A stretch of DNA of 64,000 bases from Bacterioplanoides sp. (GCF_965200585.1 NZ_OZ241361.1), one strand, 5' to 3'; shown: positions 10,914-19,156, numbered from the stretch's first letter. A program made the numbers and translations. The notes: generated by a model not told the origin, from the sequence alone.

Positions 10914-11374
10914 AGTTGCCGGACTTTCTCGACGATGCCGACCTGAATACTCTGCGCCAGAAAATGGGGGCTAAACAGCTGGGAGAATTTGAGCTGTTTG
11001 ATCCACAAAAGCAGCTGACGTACTCCGAACGAGAAGCACTGGAAGAAGGTCAGTTTAAAATTAATGCTGCGGAATTACGTGCCTTAAAAGATAAAACACT
11101 GGCGTATAAAAACTCTCGTGTGTGGCTGACTCACGAACAAAAATACCATCTGGCTTACTGTCAGGAAGTACAGCAACTGCGTCACCGCCAGGTTGATGTG
11201 TTAACGGGCACGGAAGCTAATAGCGATGATGACTTATGTCTGGAGTGTCTGGCGCTACTAAAATACCAGGGTGTTGATAGCCGTCGTGTACGACGTAATG
11301 AGTTTACCGAGCATGTTCAGGAGGAGTTTGATTTGGTGGACTTTAAGAAGGTTTATCCGTTTTATCCGGTGTAG
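10910..11374 (+). CDS. hypothetical 154-aa protein with H-x3-C ... C-x2-C arrangement
   Basis: ATGA start/stop overlap with the MotB-like gene. Contains YHLAYC and CLEC. No family recognised. Confidence 0.6.
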   Translation: MKLPDFLDDADLNTLRQKMGAKQLGEFELFDPQKQLTYSEREALEEGQFKINAAELRALKDKTLAYKNSRVWLTHEQKYHLAYCQEVQQLRHRQVDVLTGTEANSDDDLCLECLALLKYQGVDSRRVRRNEFTEHVQEEFDLVDFKKVYPFYPV

Positions 11375-11438
11375 ATACATTTACAAAAAACATTCATATC
11401 AGTAATAATTGAAGCTCAAGCAGTAAAAGGATTTTTTC

Positions 11439-11858
11439 GTGGTTTCAATCTTTGTTCTTCTGGCGTTCTGCCTTCCGATTTATCTGGCTCTGGCCATTCT
11501 TAAAGTTCAGGAGCGAAAAGCTCAACAACGTCTTAATCCGTTAACTAAGGGTATTTTCAGGCCTGCGGGTTATTCTTTATATACCCAAATAGATGAACTC
11601 CGCTTGGATGTGATGGCTAAAGTGGCGGTGATTGTATTTCTGCCTCCGACTTATTTTTCGGCAATGTCATCAAGTGATGTATTGGTTGATACGCCGACAC
11701 CGATCTGAGCTACCCGTACCTGGTTATTGTGCTTGTTAATGAGCGCTGCTATTTGGTACCTGATTAAGTATGTTAAGGAAGCAGCCCGGGCAGGGCCTGG
11801 AAGACGTCGTGTATCAATGACCTTTTATGATTGTTGTGGGGAGGGCGCTGCAGTTTAA
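11439..11858 (+). pseudogene. small multi-TM ORF interrupted by an in-frame TGA at 11706-11708 (possible pseudogene)
   Basis: GTG-initiated 89-codon ORF. After the TGA the same frame stays open for 49 more codons and encodes another hydrophobic helix (TWLLCLLMSAAIWYLI) before the TAA at 11856. Confidence 0.3.
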
Positions 11859-12043
11859 CTTTTCGAATAATCAGGTTTTTGTCGCAATTTTCATAGTGAT
11901 AATTTATTAGCTTCGAAATAAATATAGCTTATCTCCTTGGAATTCTTTGTTTCGCCCATAGGTACAAATTGGCGAGGTGTGAAGGAGCACGTTGTACTCG
12001 TTTTAAATTTAATCGAAGTACCCTAGCTAGGAAATGAAACAAA

Positions 12044-12961
12044 ATGCATATTAAAGCAAAATATATTCGAAGCTTAACTAAAATTCGCTTGTTGGCATCT
12101 GAGTACGATCGGATTCGACTGGTTTATTCTGTTGATAATCGCGCAAACGATGCTTTAGCAAAAATCGGTTTCTCAGATTTGGGAATTGGTGAAGAAGCTA
12201 TTCCACAAGTTGTAGGAAGGAAAACAAGAATCAATAGTGAGGGAGAAATACTGGTCTTAAAAGATAAGCCTAAGGTTAATAAAACGAGATCTATTTATCG
12301 AACATGGAATGATTGGCACGGAAATCCTCATTCTGGCTATCAGGATATTTCGTACAAAGCATACCCTACGATCAAATGTCCTCCGAGTCTTCATGAGTTT
12401 TGTTTGATCAATATTGGTGATGATTTATGTTTTGCTAGTAAGGAGATTGTTCTTTCCAACGAAAGTGAGAAAAGTATTCTTGAAATTGCCAATATTATTC
12501 TTGAATGCTTCGGAGCTTTTAACATTATCGACTCTACAAAGAATCAGCTTGTAACAAATAAGATGAAGGTTCTTGAATGGGAGTTGTTGCCTGTTGGTGA
12601 GAATCCTTGGAAGAGACAAGGATTAACATTTTCTCGTGGATCTAAAGCTCTAAATATTGAAAGAGCTCAAGCAGTTGAACACCGAATGAATACAGTTAAA
12701 AAATTTGGACCGTCAATGATAGCTAGAGGCCGAAATGGCTTTAACGGATATTTTGTTTATGGTTTCGAATCTATTGGAATTTTCATTCTTGAAAGCGTTT
12801 ATACCAACAATGCAACTTATGTATTTAAAGATGATTGGGAAATGTTGTCTAAGTTAACGAAAAGTCAGCTCATAAATGGAGAGGCTAACTTTGAGAGGAT
12901 TATTCATAACTCTAGTTGGGATATGAGGATGAAAGCTCTTTTTCACTCAGCTAAAAAGTAA
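12044..12961 (+). CDS. hypothetical protein (305 aa) in an AT-rich islet
   Basis: Long uninterrupted ORF in markedly AT-rich DNA, followed by a strong terminator. No motif recognised. Confidence 0.7.
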   Translation: MHIKAKYIRSLTKIRLLASEYDRIRLVYSVDNRANDALAKIGFSDLGIGEEAIPQVVGRKTRINSEGEILVLKDKPKVNKTRSIYRTWNDWHGNPHSGYQDISYKAYPTIKCPPSLHEFCLINIGDDLCFASKEIVLSNESEKSILEIANIILECFGAFNIIDSTKNQLVTNKMKVLEWELLPVGENPWKRQGLTFSRGSKALNIERAQAVEHRMNTVKKFGPSMIARGRNGFNGYFVYGFESIGIFILESVYTNNATYVFKDDWEMLSKLTKSQLINGEANFERIIHNSSWDMRMKALFHSAKK

Positions 12962-12965
12962 CAAA

Positions 12966-12997
12966 AAGCCCGCTTAGTTTTCACTAAGCGGGCTTTT
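12966..12997 (+). terminator. rho-independent terminator of the 305-aa ORF
   Basis: 13-bp stem (aagcccgcttagt / actaagcgggctt), 4-nt loop, then a TTTT run. Confidence 0.75.
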
Positions 12998-13005
12998 AAA
13001 ATAAG

Positions 13006-13082
13006 TGGTAGCTATGACTGGACTTGAACCAGTGACCCCAGCATTATGAATGCTGTGCTCTAACCAGCTGAGCTACATAGCC
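13006..13082 (-). tRNA. metT: elongator tRNA-Met (anticodon CAT), 77 nt with encoded CCA
   Basis: Reverse complement is GGCTATGTAGCTCAGCTGGTTAGAGCACAGCATTCATAATGCTGGGGTCACTGGTTCAAGTCCAGTCATAGCTACCA. It folds as a cloverleaf and is very similar to E. coli elongator tRNA-Met as I recall it. Confidence 0.93.
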
Positions 13083-13134
13083 ACTTCACACATTGAGAAG
13101 AAAGATGATGACCTTGCCGTCTCAAGTGGCGCGT

Positions 13135-13162
13135 ATTATGCCACGATCTTTGCTGTCGTCAA
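13135..13162 (-). promoter_or_regulatory. candidate sigma70 promoter of tRNA-Met (TTGACG-N16-CATAAT) with GC-rich discriminator
   Basis: The minus strand reads gtgaaaaaagtaTTGACGacagcaaagatcgtggCATAATacgcgcc. There is an A/T-rich UP-like tract upstream and a CGCGCC discriminator typical of stable-RNA promoters. Confidence 0.45.
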
Positions 13163-13233
13163 TACTTTTTTCACTATGTTTTTCAATAAGTTAACCCGAA
13201 CAGTCTTTCTTGTACTCCGGCTTGGGTGTACAC

Positions 13234-13270
13234 AACAAAAAAGGCCGTATCTTCAGTGAGATACGGCCTT
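13234..13270 (-). terminator. rho-independent terminator of the suf operon
   Basis: 12-bp stem (aaggccgtatct / agatacggcctt) with a 6-nt loop. A T-run (ttttttg) follows on the minus strand. Confidence 0.7.
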
Positions 13271-13303
13271 TGTTTGTATCTTGGGGGCCATCACTTGGGG
13301 CCT

Positions 13304-13342
13304 CAGCATTATGAATGCTGTGCTCTAAAGAGATGAGTAGCC
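13304..13342 (-). pseudogene. fragment of a tRNA-Met gene (5' half through the anticodon arm)
   Basis: 25 nt identical to the functional tRNA (13304-13328, TTAGAGCACAGCATTCATAATGCTG on the tRNA strand), plus a GGCTA acceptor remnant. The T-arm and 3' half are absent. Confidence 0.55.
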
Positions 13343-13351
13343 TTCGATGCG

Positions 13352-13723
13352 CTACACCGAGAAAGACTCACCGCAGCCGCACAGGTCTTTGGCATTCGGG
13401 TTGTTGAACTTGATAGTAGAGTTCAGGCCTTCTTTGCTGAAGTCGATCTCAGTACCTTTCACAAAGTTAGCCGCATCGCCTGCGACATATAACGTCACAT
13501 CATCGGCGGCCTGAATGGCAATATCGCCATCCTGGGCTGCTTCGACAAACTCAATATCGTATTTAAAGCCCGAGCAGCCACTCTTCTTCACACCCAGGCG
13601 GATGCCCGCCATCTCGGTGTTTTTCTCCAGTTGTTTGCGCACATGTTTGATGGCCGCATCAGTCATGCTGACTTGCGGCGCTTCTGCGCTAACACTGGCT
13701 GGATCGAAGGTTTCAATCGTCAT
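13352..13723 (-). CDS. sufA: Fe-S cluster assembly scaffold/carrier, SufA/IscA family
   Basis: C-terminal CGCGESF motif and a GCSGF motif; position in the suf operon. Confidence 0.85.
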   Translation of the reverse strand: MTIETFDPASVSAEAPQVSMTDAAIKHVRKQLEKNTEMAGIRLGVKKSGCSGFKYDIEFVEAAQDGDIAIQAADDVTLYVAGDAANFVKGTEIDFSKEGLNSTIKFNNPNAKDLCGCGESFSV

Positions 13724-13743
13724 CAGTATCTCCTCCTTTGATC

Positions 13744-14964
13744 TTACAATAAGAACATTTTGGCTTTTTCCAAGCCTTTAAACAGGGTTTCGACATCTTC
13801 TAAAGTGTTATAGAAGGTGTACGACGCACGCACCGTGCCGGGAATACAGAACTGATCCATAATCGGCATCGCGCAGTGATGGCCAGTACGTACCGCAATG
13901 CCTTGCTGATCGAGCAGGGTGCCAACATCCGCCGGGTGTGCGCCTTCCAGTAGAAAGCTGAACACACTGGCTTTGTTTGCCGCCGTACCAACGGCCTGAA
14001 TACCCCCTAATTGCTCGGCCAGTTCTACCGAACGGACTAACAAGGTATCTTCATGAGCCGCCAGTGCCACACGATCTAAACCATTGAGGTATTCAATCGC
14101 CGCTGCCAAACCAATGGCTCCGGCGATGTTCGGCGTACCGGCTTCAAACTTGTATGGCAAGCTGTTGTAGGTGGTTTTGCCGAAACTGACGTGTTCGATC
14201 ATTTCACCGCCACCCTGGTACGGCGGCATGGCGTTTAGCAATGCTTCTTTGCCGTATAGCACACCAATGCCAGTTGGGCCAAACAGTTTATGACCTGAGA
14301 AGGCATAAAAGTCGGCGTCTAGTGCTTGTACGTCGATGTCCCAGTGGGCCACCGCCTGAGCGCCGTCAAGCAGCACCTTGGCACCCACGGCATGGGCCTG
14401 CTCGATAATTTCTGCCACTGGGTTAATGGTGCCCAATGCATTAGATACATGAACAACAGACACAAATTTAACGCGTTCGTTCAGTAATTCGGCGAATGCG
14501 GCCATATCCAGTTCGCCCGCTGCCGATACCGGAATCGGGATTAGCTCGGCACCGGTTTGCTCGCACAACATCTGCCACGGCACGATATTGGAGTGATGCT
14601 CCATAGCCGTAACCAGAATCTGATCACCTGCTTTGAGGTTCTGGCGCGCCCAGGTATTGGCAACGATATTGATGGATTCCGTGGTGCCGCGAGTCCAGAC
14701 AATTTCTTCCGCTTTGGCGGCATTTAAAAATGTTTGTACGGTTTTACGCGCATCTTCAAAACGCTGGGTCGCACGATCACTTAAGGTGTGTGCACCACGG
14801 TGAACATTGGAGTTATCCGTGCGGTAATAATCGCTGATGGCATCAATCACGGCTTGTGGCTTGTGAGTGGTGGCACCATTGTCGAGATACACCAGTGGTT
14901 TGCCGTTTACTTCCTGATGAAGTGCCGGAAAATCGTTGCGAATCTGGTTAATCAGGTCGGTCAT
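13744..14964 (-). CDS. sufS: cysteine desulfurase SufS
   Basis: PLP-lysine motif SGHKLFGPTGIGVLYG and active-site RTGHHCAMP, 406 aa. Confidence 0.92.
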   Translation of the reverse strand: MTDLINQIRNDFPALHQEVNGKPLVYLDNGATTHKPQAVIDAISDYYRTDNSNVHRGAHTLSDRATQRFEDARKTVQTFLNAAKAEEIVWTRGTTESINIVANTWARQNLKAGDQILVTAMEHHSNIVPWQMLCEQTGAELIPIPVSAAGELDMAAFAELLNERVKFVSVVHVSNALGTINPVAEIIEQAHAVGAKVLLDGAQAVAHWDIDVQALDADFYAFSGHKLFGPTGIGVLYGKEALLNAMPPYQGGGEMIEHVSFGKTTYNSLPYKFEAGTPNIAGAIGLAAAIEYLNGLDRVALAAHEDTLLVRSVELAEQLGGIQAVGTAANKASVFSFLLEGAHPADVGTLLDQQGIAVRTGHHCAMPIMDQFCIPGTVRASYTFYNTLEDVETLFKGLEKAKMFLL

Positions 14965-15010
14965 GCTTGTTACCTGTCTCTTTTTCTACTGCGCGTATCA
15001 AACGAGCGCA

Positions 15011-16327
15011 TTAAGCAATATGGCGGGTCAGTGATTGCTCACGACCAAAACGATGCGCCAGGATCGGACGTAAATAGTTGCCAATGGCTTCGTCCGGCAA
15101 TGCTTCTAATAATTCGTTAATAAAACCAAAGCTCAGCATCACTTCGGCTTCGCGCTTGGAAATACCACGGCTTTGCATATAAAACAGCGCTTTTTCTTCC
15201 AACTGAGCGACGGTGGCACCGTGGGCGCACTGGACGTCGTCGGCGTAAATTTCCAGCTCAGGCTTGGTATTAATTTCCGCTTCGTTGGTGAGCAGCAGGT
15301 TTTTGTTGCTCATTTCCGCCAGTGTTTTTTGCGCATCCGGGTGAATATGAATACGGCCATTAAATACCGCTTTGGCGTTGTCGTTCATAATGCCGCGGAA
15401 CACTTCGTTAGTTGTGCAACGTGGCACCTTGTGTTCAATGCAGGTGTGGAAATCCACCAGTTGTTTATTTTGAGGAACATAGACGCCGCTCATTTCCACA
15501 TGAGAGCCACCACCGTTGTGGTTAACCACCACATCGTTACGGGTCAGCTTGCTGCCCAGACCTAAATGGAATGAGTGATATTGGGCATCGCGATCCAGAT
15601 CAACATGGGTTGAGCCAATATGCAGAGCATCTTCCTGAGACATATTCAGGCGATAGTGTTGCAGCTTAGCGTTAGCGCCAATAGCCACTTCCGTCACGGC
15701 GTTGGTGAAGTTGTTTTGCTCAGCATCGGATGAGGCATAATGCTCAACTAAGGTGGCATTTGCGCCTTGCTCAACCACAACTAATAAGCGGGCATTCACG
15801 CTGAAGTTATCGGCTTGCTTGGTGGTTAACCAGCTCACCTGAATGGCTTGCTCTTGCTGAACGTTTTTACCAATGTGCAGTAACACACCGTCGGTTAATT
15901 GCGCGTTATTCAGCTCGTTAAATAAATGACGATTCTGACCAGCCACAATGCGGTCGAGTTTTTCTGCAATTAACGTTTTTTGCTCGTCGTTGGCCTGGCT
16001 GAATAAGGTCAGATTTTCCAGCGCTTCGTTGCTGGACAATTCTTTCGACAGTTGACCATTTACAAACACTAAGCGATGGCTGCCCAAGGCTGGGATTGTC
16101 GCCAGGCCATCTAAACCTGCAGCACTATGAGAGCTGGTAACACCGCCGTAGACGCCTTCGGTTAAATGACGCAGCGAGGTGTATTTCCAGGCTTCATGTT
16201 TGCGGTTTGGAATCACTGCTTGTTCAAACGCAGCACGACCGGCTGCATTTAATTCTGCAAAGGCGCTGCCGTTTTGGTTAATGGTGTCGGTCAGTGCGAG
16301 CTGGTGAGCTTGAAATTGTTCAGACAT
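15011..16327 (-). CDS. sufD: Fe-S cluster assembly protein SufD
   Basis: Position between sufC and sufS, and a SufB/D-type beta-helix C-terminal region. Confidence 0.85.
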   Translation of the reverse strand: MSEQFQAHQLALTDTINQNGSAFAELNAAGRAAFEQAVIPNRKHEAWKYTSLRHLTEGVYGGVTSSHSAAGLDGLATIPALGSHRLVFVNGQLSKELSSNEALENLTLFSQANDEQKTLIAEKLDRIVAGQNRHLFNELNNAQLTDGVLLHIGKNVQQEQAIQVSWLTTKQADNFSVNARLLVVVEQGANATLVEHYASSDAEQNNFTNAVTEVAIGANAKLQHYRLNMSQEDALHIGSTHVDLDRDAQYHSFHLGLGSKLTRNDVVVNHNGGGSHVEMSGVYVPQNKQLVDFHTCIEHKVPRCTTNEVFRGIMNDNAKAVFNGRIHIHPDAQKTLAEMSNKNLLLTNEAEINTKPELEIYADDVQCAHGATVAQLEEKALFYMQSRGISKREAEVMLSFGFINELLEALPDEAIGNYLRPILAHRFGREQSLTRHIA

Positions 16328-16337
16328 TTTCTGCTCC

Positions 16338-17087
16338 TTATTGGCCAGCTTCTTCTAACCAGCCGTAGCCTTTTTCTTCCAGCTCCAGCGCTAATTCTTT
16401 ACCGCCAGACTTCACGATTTTACCGCCGGCCAGAACGTGAACGTAGTCCGGCACAATGTAGTCCAGCAGGCGCTGATAGTGAGTCACAACAATAAAGCTA
16501 CGGTTTTCATCGCGCATGGAGTTAACGCCTTCGGCAACCACTTGCAGGGCATCAATATCTAAGCCAGAGTCTGTTTCATCCAGAATGCACAGTTGCGGCT
16601 CTAACAGCATCATCTGCATTAATTCGTTACGCTTTTTCTCACCACCGGAGAAACCTTCGCTCACGCCACGCTTCAGGAAGCTTTGGTCCAGGTTGACGGC
16701 TTTGCATTTTTCACGTGCCAGTTTTAAAAACTGAACGCTGTCTAATGGCTCTTTGCCCTGGTGTTCGCGCACGGCATCAACCGACGCTTTTAAAAATTCT
16801 AAGTTGGAAACACCCGGAATTTCGACCGGGTATTGGAACGCCAGGAATAAACCTTCACGTGCACGTTCTTCCGGATCCATATCCAGAATATCGGTGCCGT
16901 TTAACTCTGCACTGCCGCCGGTTACTTCATAACCTTCACGGCCTGCTAATACATTACCCAGGGTACTTTTACCCGCACCGTTCGGGCCCATGATGGCATG
17001 AACTTCACCGGGTTTAATGTCCAGGTTCAGACCTTTAAGGATGTCTTTTTCTTCAACTTTGGCTTGCAGGTTTTTGATGCTAATCAT
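16338..17087 (-). CDS. sufC: Fe-S cluster assembly ATPase SufC
   Basis: Walker A GPNGAGKST, signature FSGGEKKR, Walker B LCILDETDSGLD. ATG at 17087 is preferred; the ORF is open to a TTG at 17099. Confidence 0.92.
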   Translation of the reverse strand: MISIKNLQAKVEEKDILKGLNLDIKPGEVHAIMGPNGAGKSTLGNVLAGREGYEVTGGSAELNGTDILDMDPEERAREGLFLAFQYPVEIPGVSNLEFLKASVDAVREHQGKEPLDSVQFLKLAREKCKAVNLDQSFLKRGVSEGFSGGEKKRNELMQMMLLEPQLCILDETDSGLDIDALQVVAEGVNSMRDENRSFIVVTHYQRLLDYIVPDYVHVLAGGKIVKSGGKELALELEEKGYGWLEEAGQ

Positions 17088-17142
17088 GGCGTTTTCCAAA
17101 ATTTTTAATTCGTTTCTATAAGCGTTTTTTCGGCTTATTAGC

Positions 17143-17237
17143 AGGAGCTTGGTTGTTGTCTTCGGCGGGCCTTGGCGGCATGGATGCCGCGAACGAGCCT
17201 ATTGATGGCGTTCCGCAGAAGATAACAGCCAAGCTCC
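17143..17237. repeat. long imperfect hairpin repeat (about 95 nt) with central gcggc-ATGGAT-gccgc
   Basis: Outer arms aggagcttggttgttgtcttc and gaagataacagccaagctcc are near-complementary. The core hairpin lies at 17175-17190. Confidence 0.7.
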
Positions 17238-17315
17238 GTGTTGTTTCTTTTTAAAACGTAGAATTTTTTGCTAAATCGCTAAGCAATGGCATTGTTCCTT
17301 GAGACACGCTGTAAA

Positions 17316-17353
17316 TACATCCCTGTACGCTCTCTGATTTCATCCCTGAAATC
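17316..17353. repeat. two short hairpins with ATCCCT loops (AGGGAT on the suf mRNA strand)
   Basis: tac-ATCCCT-gta (17316-17327) and gatttc-ATCCCT-gaaatc (17336-17353). Confidence 0.55.
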
Positions 17354-17361
17354 AAAGGTCT

Positions 17362-17394
17362 CAAAAAACAACGCCATTACTCAGCGATGGCGTT
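17362..17394 (-). terminator. terminator-like hairpin plus T-run immediately after the sufB stop (intra-operon attenuator?)
   Basis: The minus strand reads aacgccat-cgctgagta-atggcgtt followed by gttttttgag. Confidence 0.5.
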
Positions 17395-17404
17395 TTCTAA
17401 TAAA

Positions 17405-18913
17405 TCAGCCCACAGAGCCTTCCAGCGACACTTCCAGTAATTTGCCGGCTTCTACGGCAAATTCCATCGGCAGCTCTTTAAATACCTCTTTACAGAAACC
17501 ATTCACAATCATAGAAACGGCTTTCTCGGTATCAATACCACGCTGCTGACACAGGAATAGCTGATCGTCACTCACGGTTGATGTGGTTGCTTCGTGCTCA
17601 ACCACCGCCGACGGGTGTTTGCTTTCGATATACGGGAAGGTGTGAGCGCCACATTTGTCACCAATTAACAGCGAATCACACTGGGTGAAGTTACGTGCGC
17701 CATCGGCATTCGGGCCCATACGAACCAAGCCACGATACGCGTTCTGGCTTTTGCCTGCCGAGATACCTTTGGAGATGATTGTTGAGCTGGTGTTTTTGCC
17801 CAGATGGATCATCTTGGTGCCGGTATCGGCTTGCTGATAGTTGTTCGTTAACGCAACTGAGTAAAACTCACCAACAGCGTTGTCGCCTTTTAAAATACAG
17901 CTTGGGTATTTCCAGGTTACCGCAGAACCGGTTTCGACCTGAGTCCAGGAAACCTTAGCGTTGGTATGAGCGACCGCACGCTTGGTTACAAAGTTGTAGA
18001 TACCACCTTTACCTTCGGCATCACCCGGATACCAGTTCTGTACGGTGGAGTATTTAATCTCGGCGTCGTCCAGTGCCACCAGTTCAACCACGGCAGCGTG
18101 TAACTGGTTTTCGTCACGCATGGGTGCGGTACAGCCTTCCAGATAAGAAACGTGGGAACCTTCGTCGGCAACAATTAGTGTACGCTCAAACTGACCGGTT
18201 TTGGCTTCGTTAATACGGAAGTAAGTCGACAGTTCCATTGGGCAACGCACGCCTTTTGGGATGTAGACAAACGAACCATCGGAGAACACGGCGGAGTTCA
18301 GCGCGGAGTAGAAGTTATCACGCTGTGGTACAACAGTGCCCAGGTACTTCTTCACCAGTTCCGGATGCTCGTGCACGGCTTCCGACAGTGGCATAAAGAT
18401 CACGCCTGCTTCAGCCAGGGTTTCACGGAAGGTGGTGGCAACAGAGACGGAGTCGAATACCGCATCAACGGCAACACCGGCCAGCGCCATTTGTTCGTGC
18501 AGTGGGATGCCCAGTTTCTCGTACGTTCTCAGCAGCTCTGGATCAACTTCGTCCAGCGACTTGGGCTTATCTTCCATGCTCTTTGGCGCAGAGTAATAAG
18601 ACAGCGCCTGGAAATTGGGCTTCTCGTAATTAACGTGGGCCCAATCCGGCTCTTCCATTTCCTGCCAGGCACGGAAGGCTTTTAAACGCCACTCGGTCAG
18701 CCACTCAGGTTCGCCTTTTTTGGCGGAAATCCAGCGTACAACGTCTTCATTCAGGCCCGGAGCAATGGTCTCCGATTCGACATCCGTAACAAAACCCGCT
18801 TCGTATTCGCGGTCAATACGGTTACCGATCTCGGCATCTTTACCGGTTAACTCAACGGTAGCTGATGCCGCTTCAACGGGTTCAAGCGTGGTTGTTTCTG
18901 CACTGCTGCTCAT
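17405..18913 (-). CDS. sufB: Fe-S cluster assembly protein SufB
   Basis: Strongly SufB-like throughout. The ATG at 18913 has a GGGAGA SD sequence; the ORF is open to 18988. Confidence 0.92.
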   Translation of the reverse strand: MSSSAETTTLEPVEAASATVELTGKDAEIGNRIDREYEAGFVTDVESETIAPGLNEDVVRWISAKKGEPEWLTEWRLKAFRAWQEMEEPDWAHVNYEKPNFQALSYYSAPKSMEDKPKSLDEVDPELLRTYEKLGIPLHEQMALAGVAVDAVFDSVSVATTFRETLAEAGVIFMPLSEAVHEHPELVKKYLGTVVPQRDNFYSALNSAVFSDGSFVYIPKGVRCPMELSTYFRINEAKTGQFERTLIVADEGSHVSYLEGCTAPMRDENQLHAAVVELVALDDAEIKYSTVQNWYPGDAEGKGGIYNFVTKRAVAHTNAKVSWTQVETGSAVTWKYPSCILKGDNAVGEFYSVALTNNYQQADTGTKMIHLGKNTSSTIISKGISAGKSQNAYRGLVRMGPNADGARNFTQCDSLLIGDKCGAHTFPYIESKHPSAVVEHEATTSTVSDDQLFLCQQRGIDTEKAVSMIVNGFCKEVFKELPMEFAVEAGKLLEVSLEGSVG

Positions 18914-19156
18914 AGCTGTGGTTCTCCCAGTGACAGGTGATCTGTCGTTGCACGGTGTTGCAAACGTTACTGCCAGAGCATCCTGCATTGGCTTATTTAA
19001 TCCTGAGCATTTTACTCGGGTTTTGCATCTCTGCCAAGAATCTATACCAGTTTGGTATGCTTTCCTGAGCGGGCGCGAATTTTACCAAAATGAGTGAAAT
19101 ATGACCAATTGAGACAGGTTCTTATTTGGAAGGTTCTAATATGTGCTCATGAGGCA

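Noticed and set aside
10910-11374. Considered calling the 154-aa third gene ZorE, the HNH nuclease of type II Zorya.
   Set aside because: There is no HNH signature: no His-His/Asn pattern and no paired CxxC...CxxCH arrangement. Only one His and three Cys are in a loose H-x3-C...C-x2-C layout, so it is left as unknown.
11706-11708. The in-frame TGA as a selenocysteine codon.
   Set aside because: No obvious SECIS-like hairpin lies immediately downstream, and the context is a small membrane protein rather than a redox enzyme. A nonsense mutation is the simpler reading, although this has not been tested.
11705-13076. A 9-nt direct match, ctgagctac, at 11705-11713 and inside the tRNA-Met D-arm region (13068-13076). 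It was considered as possible att-like island borders.
   Set aside because: A 9-mer match is expected by chance at about this frequency in 64 kb on two strands. The reading frame continues sensibly across the left copy, and no integrase is present.
11860-13082. A tRNA-associated genomic island with an integrase.
   Set aside because: No integrase, recombinase or transposase ORF occurs anywhere near the tRNA, and no duplicated tRNA 3' end was seen on the left border by eye. Only a single-gene islet can be supported.
13050-13259. A 69-aa plus-strand ORF overlapping the tRNA-Met gene.
   Set aside because: It runs antisense through the tRNA and its promoter region, and has no SD sequence or recognisable protein features. 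It is a spurious ORF.
18989-19156. Fur or IscR operator upstream of sufB.
   Set aside because: I could not find a convincing match to the Fur box (GATAATGATAATCATTATC) or the IscR type-2 site by eye. A position-weight-matrix scan would be needed.
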